DNA of 64,000 bases from Amphiscolops sp. MND2022. Taxonomy: Eukaryota. The stretch's first letter is position 1, and each line of letters starts with the position of its first letter. A model generated the notes under the pieces. It saw only the letters and a list, made by a program, of their open reading frames with translations, ran no database searches and had not been told where the DNA came from. The translations under genes and the position numbers were made by a program. Below, in pieces: positions 36,859 through 48,790 of the stretch. The stretch is from the NCBI GenBank assembly GCA_964187785.1, contig OZ076415.1, positions 53,320,001 through 53,384,000 on the forward strand. The letters are read 5' to 3'.

Positions 36859-39800
36859 CTACTGTAAGGACTTCGCAATTCTCTCGCCAAGCACGGGTTT
36901 TCTGAAGGTATCAGTGTTGAACGTTTTCTCTGTGGCCCTATTCAGCGTCACACGCTTTATTTTGAAAATATTATACTCCAGTCCTGTTTTAACGTTGTGA
37001 CCAGACAAGCAGTAGAACTTTGGCCCTGCACTCCAAAATTTGTCAATCAAGTCTTCAGGAGGCAATTTGTCGGTCATTTCGCCCAGTCCATTCCCAATTA
37101 GGATATCCGGTGATTTTGACCAAATGCATAATTTTGAAATGTATTTTGCGAGCATGTGCAGTTGTGAAGGCAGCAAGAATCACATTTGTTTTCCGTGGAA
37201 CGTCAATATATTGTAGCAGCATCAAATCATCGCCTACTAGAGTCGCATCAGTAACTCTTTTTGTTCGCGATGTGAAATAGTCCACGACCTCTCGATAGTT
37301 GTTGACGTACATCGTTTTTGGCATAATATCTCGCACTCCGAGATACCCCCTTAAGCTGTTCAGAAGTATTTTAGCAAAAAAGCGTAGACCTTCGTTTTTC
37401 TCCATCTTCGCAGGGTCAAGTGAAAATCCTTCTTTTTTCTTCATCTCCTGAAGGTAACGCCTCTTATGCTGGCATATCTTTTCTGTCGATGAATTAGAAT
37501 TCGGGTTCTCTTCACAGCAGCATGTTTCTGGCCAACCAGACGCCTCCATTTTTATTTTCAAGAAGTTATCGATATATTCTTTGAACAATGTAACAGACTT
37601 TTTTGTTCTCGGCCAACTGCAAATCTCTGCTACATCTATCACTCGATATCCATTTTCCAAAGCAAGCTTAACTTCTGGGGTAACAAATGTGCCCCAGAAA
37701 CTCCTGTCTTCTACTTGGCGATGGACACATTTCTTTGTTGTCAAGTCCACATTCGTTTTGTCAGGCATGCTGGATCTTTCTTAAACGCAACGTCGACATA
37801 AGGTAAAAAACAGTTTCGATTGAAATTTGAATGGTAAGATGTTTAGATGTATATCAGACGGCGGCAGTACTTGGCACTTTATCAGACCAAAAAGATCCTC
37901 GTTTTTCAGTTTTAACTCAACATCAGATAAGGGGAACTCCAAAAGCGTTCGTTGCGAAAACTTTCGGAGCCTCTGTGGTGGAGGCAGAGAATGTGATTGT
38001 TATCCTGTCAACCCGATCCAAAAATTTGATCTCCACAACCTTACTCTGAGCTACATTCGCATCCTCGTCAAAACAACATGTTTGACAAAGTTTTTCATTG
38101 GCTGAGTTGCTGTTATTGCGAGCTTTTCGCAATCGATTGTTGTTGCTGCTCTGTAGCAATCAGAATCAAATCACGAGGCCCTGAAGGGTCCACTGACCTC
38201 AAATTCACATAAGGGTACAGCGAACAATAATCCACTTACTTGAAGGTCTGAGACTGTAGTTGTCGAGACTACTTCATGACAAAATTTTCTGTTTTTCCTC
38301 CAAAAAAAGCGTCACGAGGTTGTAACGAATGCTGTCATTTGACATCTTTTGCAGTAGTTTGATGTTACTCAGCCGATAGAATAAATTTTGATGGATTAGA
38401 CGACTTTGTTCGATCTGTCCGATGTCATCGGAAATGCTCGAGAGTGAGCTGCTGAGTCTCGTTGCTACTGACATCGGCAGATGCGTCCATGTTGTATCAA
38501 TTCCTTCTTCGTCTTCAGAGATGGACAGCTCCAATAGTTTTTTAAACTCACACTCCCAAATATACTTTGCAATAACAAAATATACTATGCACAACAAAAC
38601 GTAAGTTATCTGTCGTTGTGAATACTGGGCCGTTCGAAATTTGAGAAGATAGCCAGTCCAGTCTGTCCATAACTGTTGTGGTGTACAAATCAAGCATTGT
38701 TGTAGCATTTCGTTTCTTATTAACGTCATTTCGGTCTGTATAACAAGAAGGACACCCGTGGAAGTAACATCTACAAAACTCCAGAACTTTCGACTGGTTT
38801 TTGTTTCTGGACAATCTTCTATATGCGGTACTCTTTGAGTGAAAAGTACGTTTGTACAAAAGAAGTCCGTCTACTTTGAATGATCCAAGTATCTGCTCCT
38901 TACATCTGCCTCGCTTCAATCCGCCGCCTGACCTATACAGACGAATACTGAACTCGTTTGACTTCTGATCATTCGCAACTTGATCCACCTACGACAACCA
39001 AACGGCGACCGGGAAAGACGTTAACTCATTGCCCGTGTAACCGCTCTGAGGGAGGATTGCAATGGAGTCCTTCGGCATGAATAGTTGTCTATAAATGTAA
39101 TTACATGCTGATGCTGCTGTGCAAGCAACTTCGAACGGATCTATTACGCTGCACACTTTCCTGATTAACGTTCTAAACTCCAAAAACCCTTCTTAGCGTA
39201 GTTTAACATCTGCCTGACAGTACGACACGAGTTCTTGTTGAAAGTCGTAAACGAGGTTATTAATTTTATAAAGCTCGGTCTGTGCAGTGTGCCATGCCAA
39301 AAACGTGCTCACCGTTTGCTGTCCTTTCATCGAATTCAAAGCGAAACGGCAAGCGGGTGGAATTTGGCCTTCTTTGAGTGCAAACTCTTGGCATTTTTCT
39401 TGGTCGTTTCCTGCATTGAAGCAGCTAACATTGCTTTGTGTAGCTAGGCAGTGATTGCAGTCGTTGCAAAACACTTTGCACAGACAGCAGTTTTCCACTT
39501 TCTCGCATGTTTGTAAACTGTGAAGCTTTGAAGTAGCAGCGGGATACATGGCCTCTTTAAATGTCAAAAGTGAAGAAAGTATCCTTTTTTCACTTCCTTG
39601 AGGTTGAAAATTTTGGGAAATTTTGATAAAGGTATCGGGTTGAAAAGATAAGAGTCAATGAATCGTTTATTCCCCACACGCATTGACACAACCTTGTTAC
39701 CTCTGAGCAAAATTTTGGGAACATATTTGTGTTGTTTGTAGAGCCATTCCAGGATTGGTAAGAAATCGAACCCACTGCCAAAATGGGCAATAAACCATTC

Positions 39801-41600
39801 CGTTCGACGAACCCTTTCAATACTAGCGAAAACATCCTCACAAAATTCGTTTATACAATCGTAGCCAGTTTAAATACCTTCATCACCTGTCAAAGACTCT
39901 GCTGCAAGGAGAATTGGTTTATGTAGGCCTTCATTGCCACAACTTTGGTCAGTTTCTATGTCTAGAACCCAAATTTTGTCACCCGAGGTAGCTCGTTCAA
40001 AGTTATTTGCAGGCTGGTCGCGAGACGTAACAGTACCATCGTCATGGACTGAAGCGCTGCTAATTTTCTTGCGTTTGATTTGCGTCATGGGATATTCTTT
40101 CTCAACTTCTTCACGATAATTCTCTCCCCCTAATAGTTCACAGTCACGAAATTCGTTACTGGTATCACGATCCGGTGTTTCTCGCTCTACGCACTTCTTC
40201 GGTTTTTGTACGAAACATTGATATTCCGATGAAGGCGAAGAGTGTTTTTACGGTCTGACAATAAGTAATGAACGGAGCATATAGAACAGCTTTTTTTTGA
40301 ACAAATATGAGTAAAGAATGCTTGCTTAGGTACGGTATTGTCGTGTGTAGGGCACAAGGTGTACAGATGACACACCCCGTAAGTAATATGGCAATCCAGA
40401 CACTTTTGGCTTCGTACTCTGAGCCTGCATCGATCACACTGGAAAAGCGGTGACTGGTGAGGATTCTTTGACAAGTCATTGGACGAGGTAGTCCAATTGA
40501 GCTGCGAATGGTTGATGAAACCGGTCCTATTGAGACAGCCAGGCTGCCGACACAGCAAACAACCACTGGCAGAGCATAAATGCTTCACTGTGGAAAAGGA
40601 CTTGTGACAACTGTAACAGTAGTGGCGACCATCGAAAAGTCCTTCCATTGAGGTAGTCAAATCTACATGTCGGAATGAGCATCATACAAAAGGTCAATTT
40701 TCTGCTGTGCTTCCTGATTATAACATTTAAGAAAAGTACCCATAAAATTGCTATCGTAAACAGATAAACAAAAGTTTTTCAACACTTGCGACTGAGACAA
40801 AAATTCTAATTTTTCTAGATCAAGAGGTTTACTAGAAGCAGGAGAGTTTTGAGCTGTCTGATAGTGAAGCGACCCAGTAGATGAATTGTCATGGGCAGAA
40901 GTGGGAAGTCTTTTTGAGGAAGCACCACCAGCCAATATTGGCTGCAAAGCGCCTTGGGGGATGCTTGGATCAGATTTCAAAAGAGTTATCAAATGCTGCA
41001 GTTCACGGGTTTGCACGGAAGCTCGATCCAGGTGCAAGTTTTTCGTTCTTTTTCTTTTATTAGGCAGGCGCGGAGATCGCTCGTTAACTTTGATGCCAAT
41101 TGCTATAGCCCTCAAAAGACAATTGTTCTGGTTACTTTTGATTACAATGATTGACTTCTTTTGTTTCGTGAAGAGCTTGATATCGGGATCAGTCCTGCTC
41201 TGTATGCCTCCAAGCCGGTTCCCACCCATTGTTGGTAAAGAAATACTCAAAACGTTGACTTTGATATTGTTGCTAATATCAATTTACTCGTTCGAATTAA
41301 CGACCCTGTCAATTTCATTGAGAATCAGTTCGGCGTTGAAAGCCTCGGCGGACGAGAATGGGATATGAATAGGATAGTTGAGGGTAGGCGCATTCAATAC
41401 CAATCGAATTCTGTGTGAATGAACAGGAAGTTCTTGTTATATCTCAGATATCAATTTGTTGATGATGTGGTTGAAAATCTCTTTAATTCGGTCCATCACA
41501 CTTTCAATGTCCGTGAAATACACTTCATAGTCTCTTCTGGCCGCTCGCAACAGACTACGTCTTTGTGGCATTCGATTGATACTATGGTACCGCTCAGGAT
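36859..41600 (-). pseudogene. polB: Protein-primed family B DNA polymerase (pPolB), heavily disrupted
   Basis: SIIVIKSNQNNCLLRAIAIG; Cys-rich N-terminal region; WVLDIET (ExoI); EFCRCYFHGCPSC insert; IWECEF; PRDAFFGG; VDYCSLYPY (motif A); KILLNSLRG (motif B); FWSAGPKFY. The YxDTDS motif C appears deleted near 37120. Confidence 0.95.
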
Positions 41601-42303
41601 TGAACCCCATAGCAAAATCTACAACGAACGCAATGCAACAAGAATTAAACGTTTCACAGAAGCATTTAAAACTACTGTAAGATTGATGAAGGTTTCAAAT
41701 GAAAAAAACAAAGTCAACAACATATTTTATATGAAGGTAAATATATAAATGGTCCGGAAAAAAACTTGTATACGCAATACGTTTAAAAAGGGGTTAGCAG
41801 AATCGAAGTACTGCATGACATAAATGCCTACTTAGAGGTCAATATGTGAAACGTATTGAGAAGTTGGCCAATATGTAAAAATGTCACACTTAATGCATGC
41901 GCAAGAACAAACAAACACTTGCACAACAAAACAACGAGCGATCGTTAGAAGACATTTAGTTCATGAAAACTTCATCATCATCCTCAGCGCCCGGTATATG
42001 CGTACCAACTTCACCGTTGAACATAAAGTCTGGTTTCTGAAACAAATTTTGGTGTTTTACGTCGGCCTCGATCGTTATGTTCGCAGTGCCGCCATCGGAC
42101 AAGCAGTCGTCCCTGACATTTTGAGCCCGCTTCTTCGATGTGCTTGTGGTTGATTAGATTTTCGCGCCATTGACCTTGGAAAACCCTTTCTTGCCAGTAG
42201 GCTTCTTTCCAAAAAGTGAGATTAACGTGGGTTCCCGGAACCCACCCGTAAGAGCTTCCTCCGTTGCTCTGTTGAACTCCTGCGTCGTCGCAGATTTCAC
42301 CCC

Positions 42304-42768
42304 TTATGATTCCAATGCCGCCTTGTCACCTAGACCAAGCAAAGCCACAAACTCAGTCATCTCTTCAACAGTGAACGAAAAGTGACCCTGCCGCTGCCAC
42401 TGGCCGCATTGAAAATCGGGTTTGAATAGTCGCAGCCCAATGTAAGTCGCCGTTGACATCTCCGAAGAGAGGTTGTTTGGGTAGCACTTCGATCCGATTC
42501 TAACCCAGCGATTATGCGACTTGGCAATGTCCCACCACTTGTCGTGGCTGGACTCGTCTTGCTCCGGTGAGATTCGCCAGGAGGACACAACAGACTTTAT
42601 ATCGTTCCCAACAATCCACGGAGTCTTTTTCTGGGAACGCTTACGCACAACACTGTTCAACCAGTTCATCTTTTTTTCGTCAAAACAAGGGGACTCTGAA
42701 ACGAAAAAAGTACTGTGAATCTGAACGCTTGAAAATGTAGTAAAAGATGTAATCTGCGACTTTAACAA
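42304..42768 (-). CDS. PC4-like ssDNA-binding protein candidate
   Basis: WDIAKSHNRWVRIG...YIGLRLFK...QWQRQGHFSFTVEEMTEF resembles the PC4 fold pattern by eye. Confidence 0.4.
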   Translation of the reverse strand: MLKSQITSFTTFSSVQIHSTFFVSESPCFDEKKMNWLNSVVRKRSQKKTPWIVGNDIKSVVSSWRISPEQDESSHDKWWDIAKSHNRWVRIGSKCYPNNLSSEMSTATYIGLRLFKPDFQCGQWQRQGHFSFTVEEMTEFVALLGLGDKAALES

Positions 42769-43171
42769 AAAAACTGAACTGTGAAATGAAGGAAGAAAAG
42801 ATTTTGAGGGGCAACGAATACATATGAAGTTTACTGCAATTCGGACAAGATGGGAGAAAACAATTTCAAGCCTCTAACTTTTTATGTCGTCTGCCAAAAA
42901 AACAATGTCTAGACTGAATATGTGAAAAAATAAAAAACTAGTTCCGGTTACAAACATTTTTTAAATGAAAACTGATTCTTTCTCACTCCTTGGAAAAAGA
43001 GGAATGAAATTTAATTATAGGCAGTTTTTAAAGACCATTCAACGCTTCAAAAAACATCTGCTACAACAAAAAAGAACTGCTTTTCAGCGCAACGCTTTAC
43101 TACATTTTACAGAGCTTGCTTTGGCATTCTGGTAACTCTGTGGGCTTCCAAGAGAGATTTTCGGGAAACCA

Positions 43172-44203
43172 TCAAGGGGTGATGTTCATCAGTGACCGTT
43201 GAACCTTTTGAACAATTCTGAAAAAAGAATTTTTCACCAGATGTTCAACAAATTTGTTGGGCCAATGACAGCTAAACAAATATTCAGCCTGTTCTTGATA
43301 CATAATCAACAGACACTCTGGCACAAGTCTAGACAGGGTTTTTGGCTGATTGAAAACCTCTTGTATCATCCATGATTCCGTAGTTTTTGTGAAGTAAATT
43401 CTAATCTCATAAGGAAGGTCACTGTGGAAACAGATTGTCTGCAGAAGTAATTTGTCGTTGAGGCCAAATCGCAGCACACCCTGCTCAAAATCGACAATGA
43501 TAAGAAATTCAAAGATTTTCTCCTCGTTATTGCTATTGAGCCAAATAGTCTCCAGTTTCTCTAGGCAGTCGTTTGGCAAGAAAAAAAGTATCATTTTCAA
43601 CCAACTGCATTTCTGCAACATCCCAGTGAAATTTAACAGGGAATCCATTGTTGACAGATTCTACCGGCAGGCTGCTCAGACCAAAGATGAAGCGTGTTTC
43701 CCCGACCAGCAAAGATGGGAAATCATCTATCTTCGCGGGAATCTTGAAGACCCTAACCGCTTTGTCGTTGTGGTTGTTGAAAATTATGTCAGGAACTGCG
43801 ACATCATGATTGAAGATCCCATCGTCACTCCACTCGTCGTCCAAATCCAAATCACCACCGGGGAAATCTTTTTCATTTGCGTCGTAATCAATACAAGGAC
43901 TAAATTGTTTAATGGTCGCTTGTAGTGGTAATCCATTACCTCGTATTTTTTCCATTTTATCGGCGTCACGTTCGTGTTTGAACTGAGGAAACCTCGGCAA
44001 ACGTGATTGACGTCCTCGTCAATCGATTGACCGGGAGAAAAAACTTTGCTGTAATCTTTAACTATAGCGCTGTAACCAAGGAAATTGTTCGTGAACGGAT
44101 CAACGTACGGCGTGATGACCAACACGTGGAGACTTGACCGTCGACCTCTTCGATAGCAGTCGTCTAGAATTTGAAAAGAGTCCCGCTGCTTTCGGAACTC
44201 CAT
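43172..44203 (-). pseudogene. Hypothetical Polinton gene, frameshifted
   Basis: Overlapping minus-strand ORFs 43784-44203, 43533-44000 and 43172-43648. Confidence 0.45.
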
Positions 44204-44504
44204 CTTCTGAACAAACAGAAAAATCCCGCCGTTTACAAAATCTACAATTTTGTAGTCTCTTTAGCTGTTTTATTACTGAAACTATTGTTCAAATAAAGGT
44301 CCTGTTAGTGGATATTGATCGGGCCGGACATTGTCGACAGAGTGTTTAGTGATGAAGGTTTGGACCGCTGGCAGGGTCGAGGTTCAACTTTCTGGAAAAG
44401 ATACCACTGTGATTGTCGATGTATTCAGCATCACCTTGCCTTTCCAAGAGGCAGGCGACAATGTCTAGCAAGTCATCATAACCACGACACCAACAAGACT
44501 TTTT

Positions 44505-45905
44505 TGTTTGAACATTGCCACATTTCCCAGGGAGCTTGGCAAAAGGAAAAAAGAAAAATCCGCGCGACGCGGATTTTCTCCGGCCACCCACTGGGTCGTG
44601 AGAGAAGTCCTACGTACGTGTATGCACTTGTATTGTACATTGGCAATGCGCAAACAACACAAAAACAACATTGCCCCATTGCCCAGGGATCTTGGCAAAA
44701 GGAAAGAATATAAATCCGCGCGGCGCGGATTTTCTCCGGCCAACCACTGGGTCGTGAGACAAGTTCTACGTACGTGTATGCACTTGTATTGTACATTAGC
44801 AATGCGCAAACAACACAAAAACAACAATGACCCATTGCCCAGGGAGCTTGGCAAAAAGAAAAAATAAAAATCCGCGCGGCGCAGATTTTCTCCGGCAACC
44901 TACTGGGTCGTGAGACAAGTCCTACGTACGTGTATGCACTTGTTTTGTACATTGGCAATGCGCAAACAACACAAAGACAACATTTCCCCATTGCCCAGGA
45001 AAGCTTCGCAAAAGGAAAAAAATAAAATCCGCGCAGCGCGGATTTTCTCCGGCCACCCACTAGGTCGTGAGACAAGTCCTACGTTCGTGTATGCACTTCT
45101 ATTGTACATTGGCAATGCGCAAACAACACAAAAACAAAATTGCTTCATTGCCCAGGGAGCTTGGCAAAAGGAAAAATTAAAATCCGCGCGGCGCGGATTT
45201 TCTCCGGCCACCCACTGGGTCGTGAGACAAGTCCTACGTACGTGTATGCACTTGTATTGTACATTGGCAATGCGCAAACAACACAAAAACAACATTGCTT
45301 CATTGCCCAGGGATCTTGGCAAAAGAAAAAATAAAAATCCGCGCGGCGCGGATTTTCTCCGGCCATCCACTGGGTCGTGAGACAAGTTCTACGTACGTGT
45401 ATGCACTTGTATTGTACATTGGCAATGAGCAAACAACACAAAAACAACCTTGCCTCATTGCCCAGGGAGCTTGGCAAAAGGAAAAAAATCCGCGAGGCGT
45501 GGATTTTCTCCGGCCACCCATTAGGTCGCGAGACAAGTCCTACGTACGTGTATGCACTTCTATTGTACATTGGCAATGCGCAAACAACACAAAAACAAAA
45601 TTGCCCCATTGCCCAGTTAGCTTGGCAAAAGGAAAAATTAAAATCCGCGCGACACGGATTTTCTCCGGCCACCCACTGGGTCGTGAGACAAGTCCTACGT
45701 ACGTGTATGCACTTGTATTGTACATTGGCAATGCGCAAACAACACAAAACAATTTTGCCCCATTGCCCAGGGGCTTGGGAAAAGAAAAAAATAAAAATCC
45801 GCGCGGCGCGGATTTTCTCCGGCCACCCACTGGGTCGTGAGACAAGTCCTACATACGTTTATGCACTTGTATTGTACATTGGCAATGCGCAAACACAAAA
45901 ACAAC
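44505..45905. repeat. Tandem array, 9 x ~157 bp, each with hairpin AAAATCCGCG-CGG-CGCGGATTTT
   Basis: Hairpin cores at about 44556, 44712, 44867, 45026, 45180, 45335, 45485, 45638 and 45795. Confidence 0.95.
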
Positions 45906-46060
45906 GTTTTTCACAAGGTCAACTCTTGTATGTGCCTCGAACTTGCCAAAAAATAACAAAAAATTTTTTCGACCTGTACCCTCGTTACAATAAGAAATTC
46001 TATTGACGTTACCAATTTTTTGTTCCTTTTTTTCGAATGATTGTGCAACTTGACTTTTGT

Positions 46061-46465
46061 TCAAGCTTCGAATTTTCGCGGAAAAAAACACCCCAATCGC
46101 TTGAAAGGGCGCAAATAAAAAAATGTCAAAAATATATGAATATAGCTTCAAAATACCTCGGAAATTGAGTCGTGGGGGTCCTCCGATGTATAAACTTCTT
46201 TTTCTTCGTACGGCGGCGGTAAAACGAAGATTGGGGTGGTGAGCAGAGGCGACTGCGAGTTGGCGTTGATGATTCTAGAATCAAACAGTTTGATTTGCAA
46301 TCTTGTGAAAATATAATAATACTTAATTTTGCGTGAGTAATCAAACGAGATAATAACTCACATTTACATTTCTGGATTATTCTGGGTGGTGTTGGTGGCG
46401 GCGATGTTGGTGTTGTTGGTGGCGGCGATGCTGGTGGTGTTGGTGTTGTTGTTGTTTTGAGACAT
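46061..46465 (-). CDS. Putative spliced ~93-aa gene with PPxY motif
   Basis: Exons 46466-46368, 46301-46157 and 46099-46061 joined by GT-AG introns of 66 and 57 nt; an upstream 74-nt intron lies at 46540-46467. Product MSQNNNNTNTT...ILQIKLFDSR...VLPPPYEEK... Confidence 0.5.
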
Positions 46466-46744
46466 GCTGTAACAGAAAAAAGTAAAAAAGCTTGCTATTT
46501 TTGTTGATTGGAATTGGAAATTCAGTTAGAAAATACTAACATTTGCTTCACAATTTTGTATCGTTGTAGACGATTGTTTAGTAGAAACGTTGGCGTTGAA
46601 GAAAGAGCTGTTGTTGTTGATAAGGAGTTGATGATGAATAGTTGTGCAATTGAAAAATACAACAGATGAGTGTGTGAGCCAATTCTATTGGCTCAGAAGG
46701 CACACGAAAGCAAAAAAATGCCGCAGGTGGGAACGGTGCGGAAA

Positions 46745-46790
46745 CATCCGCGCTCGTACAGCTTGCGCGGATGCGCGGGGAATACCGCGC
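46745..46790. other. GC-rich double hairpin near the right end of the element
   Basis: CATCCGCGC-n11-GCGCGGATG (9-bp perfect stem) followed by GCGCGG-GGAATA-CCGCGC. Confidence 0.75.
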
Positions 46791-46874
46791 ACGACCGCCA
46801 GCGCGTGCGCAAATTAAATTGAAAGCAGCCACGCGTGTGCGTATAGGAATGAATATTGAATGTTCATTTCCTTC

Positions 46875-46995
46875 ACAGTGACTTTCAAAAGTATTTATAA
46901 ATGTGCTTGTTAAAACTTTTTTGAATATCAAATAGTTTGTTTAAAATTGTTCAAAGTACCTGGTTTATTTGCGGCTGTATTCTTCTGAAATTATT
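46875..46995 (-). repeat. Right inverted repeat (candidate TIR remnant)
   Basis: AAGTACCTGGTTTATTTGCGGCTGTATTCTTCT (46954-46986) is the reverse complement of 26055-26087. Confidence 0.75.
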
Positions 46996-47679
46996 TCCAA
47001 AAGAAGAGATTCCCGTGTTAAAGCTCGTGGAATTTCTGAGAAGACTCTTGCATTTTCCTGAATTCCTTGGTAAAGACCTGATCGAGAGCGCCAACAACAT
47101 GTACGATCTTGCGTGATCTTGCAAGGAGTTTCATGAGAAAAACTACCAAGTAGTTATGAAATCAAACCAAGGCTGACGTTAACTGCTGCTTGATCAGCGT
47201 ACTAATTTTGTTGCTCACGCAGCAGCTGTTCACGCTACCAACGAAGCTATCACGCCCTGCTTTTAATTACAGTGAATGCCGCTAAATCCTTTGCAAAACG
47301 ATATTCCTGATCCAATCAGATGAAAGATTAAATTTTCTAAACAAACATTAAATTTTCTCAATTCGACATTCAACTTTAGCAAAACCCCCAGCGGACCACT
47401 GCTCTTATTCACCTTGTAATTAAGATAGAAAGTTACAATGATGATGCAGTAGCAGATGATCATGCTTCATCAAGAAATTGTACCACGGGCAGTTTTAGTC
47501 TTATTTTCGCGAACTCAGTTGAAAATTTCAAGATTCAGATAATTTGAAGAAAAATTCTTTGAAGAAAAAAAGGTTCTCAGAATTTCATCTAGTTTACATT
47601 ACTTTTTTCAAAACTTGCTGAGATAAAAATGGTGAAGGTTACAAATGGCTAATTGGTCATAAATCTCTCCGTCAGAAAC

Positions 47680-48270
47680 AGCCGTTTATGAAACTTTAAA
47701 AAATCAGCTGGAACATTACATTTACAGTATTTATTTCATGTCTGATGGTCGGTGAAAACCGAACAAAGACAACTTCTTGGGTTCTATCGGCATCTACACT
47801 TGAATGGTTAACGCCAGAAAATTTTCCATATAAAAATTGTTCAATCGGAATCTTTCCATTTCAGAAAGTATAAATGTACAAAAAAGTGTACCTTTCTGTA
47901 TTATTGTCCTTTGGAACAAAACTCTTGTGGGTTTTTTGTTGAATCTAATATTCCTAACTTATCTAATAGTTTTTCATCTAATATCTATCCAATAACGGTA
48001 ATTAGAGGGCTGACCGACTCGCAATCATATAATCCTGTAAACTGTATTTTATAATTGAAATCACTTTTATTTCCGCTACCCAACAACACTCTGTGATATT
48101 CTCAGTCACGATCTAGCTATCGGAATCATTGAATATGGATTACCCGTCGGCTCTACGCCTATCAAAATATGCCCTCTCTTTGGACAAACTTACATTCGTC
48201 CTAAGTTTATCTTGGGAAGAGCAAACCCACGAAACCCGATGGTGCCTCTGCAATACTTGAGAAAGGTCAA
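47680..48270 (+). pseudogene. Possible hAT transposase remnant
   Basis: IYFMSDGR*KPNKDNFLGSIGIY (~47730-47800) resembles the first catalytic D..W/FLG motif, and ETRW follows at 48231-48242, ~490 nt downstream. Confidence 0.35.
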
Positions 48271-48599
48271 CGTTCAATCTGTCGAAGGTAGTGATTAATG
48301 GTTCTACCAGTGGAACCCCAGTTCTTTTTGAGGAATCAGATAACGCTAAGAAGCTACTTTGTGATCTAATCCCGTCGAATGTTTCGTCCAATAGTTAACA
48401 GGAATTTTAAAAAGGTTTTAAAAAACAATAACGGAAGAGCCTCCGGTGAGATACAGAAAATAATCGACAGTCATGCAGGGTTGCAGCCCGAAAACTGCTT
48501 TCAACATCTTCGAATTGAAAACAATTTACGTTCGTCACGAAGTCCACATGTAGTATGACTTTCATCACGTGTCATTGGTAAAGATGGCTTTTTACATGT

Positions 48600-48790
48600 A
48601 TGTTAGCCGTTAATCACAATGTAGACAGTGAAAGTGTATTTACCACAAGATCGAGCCGCAGGTCGGGAGGAGTCTGTAGAGGTGATGTAGGGGGCGCACT
48701 TCTCACACACTATCATGGGGACTCCTTCAAACTATGTCTTCTGGGGGTGCTGGTTGAAGTAGAACATGGGGACACCCAGGTCAGGGCTGA
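48600..48790 (+). pseudogene. Trypsin-like serine protease fragment or exon with catalytic Ser replaced
   Basis: GGVCRGDVGGALL...LLGV resembles C.GDSGGPL...L.G(V/I). A possible donor CAG|GTCAGG lies at ~48780. Confidence 0.35.

Larger units (their letters stand above)
26045..46995 (-). mobile_element. Endogenous Maverick/Polinton (adintovirus-like) element, fossilised; no integrase detected
   Basis: Co-oriented pPolB, ATPase, minor capsid, core, major capsid and protease genes between imperfect inverted repeats about 21 kb apart. Confidence 0.88.

Noticed and set aside
40886-41748. Plus-strand ORFs of 109-160 aa
   Set aside because: They are antisense shadows of the pPolB N-terminal region.
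43172-43330. SOCS/BC-box-like PKTLSRL motif
   Set aside because: It lacks the conserved LC..I spacing; too weak to call.
44505-45905. CRISPR-like repeat array
   Set aside because: Units are fully repeated with no unique spacers, there are no cas genes and the context is eukaryotic.
44315-46151. Many overlapping 100-200 aa ORFs on both strands
   Set aside because: They are artefacts of the 157-bp tandem array, and the translations simply repeat.
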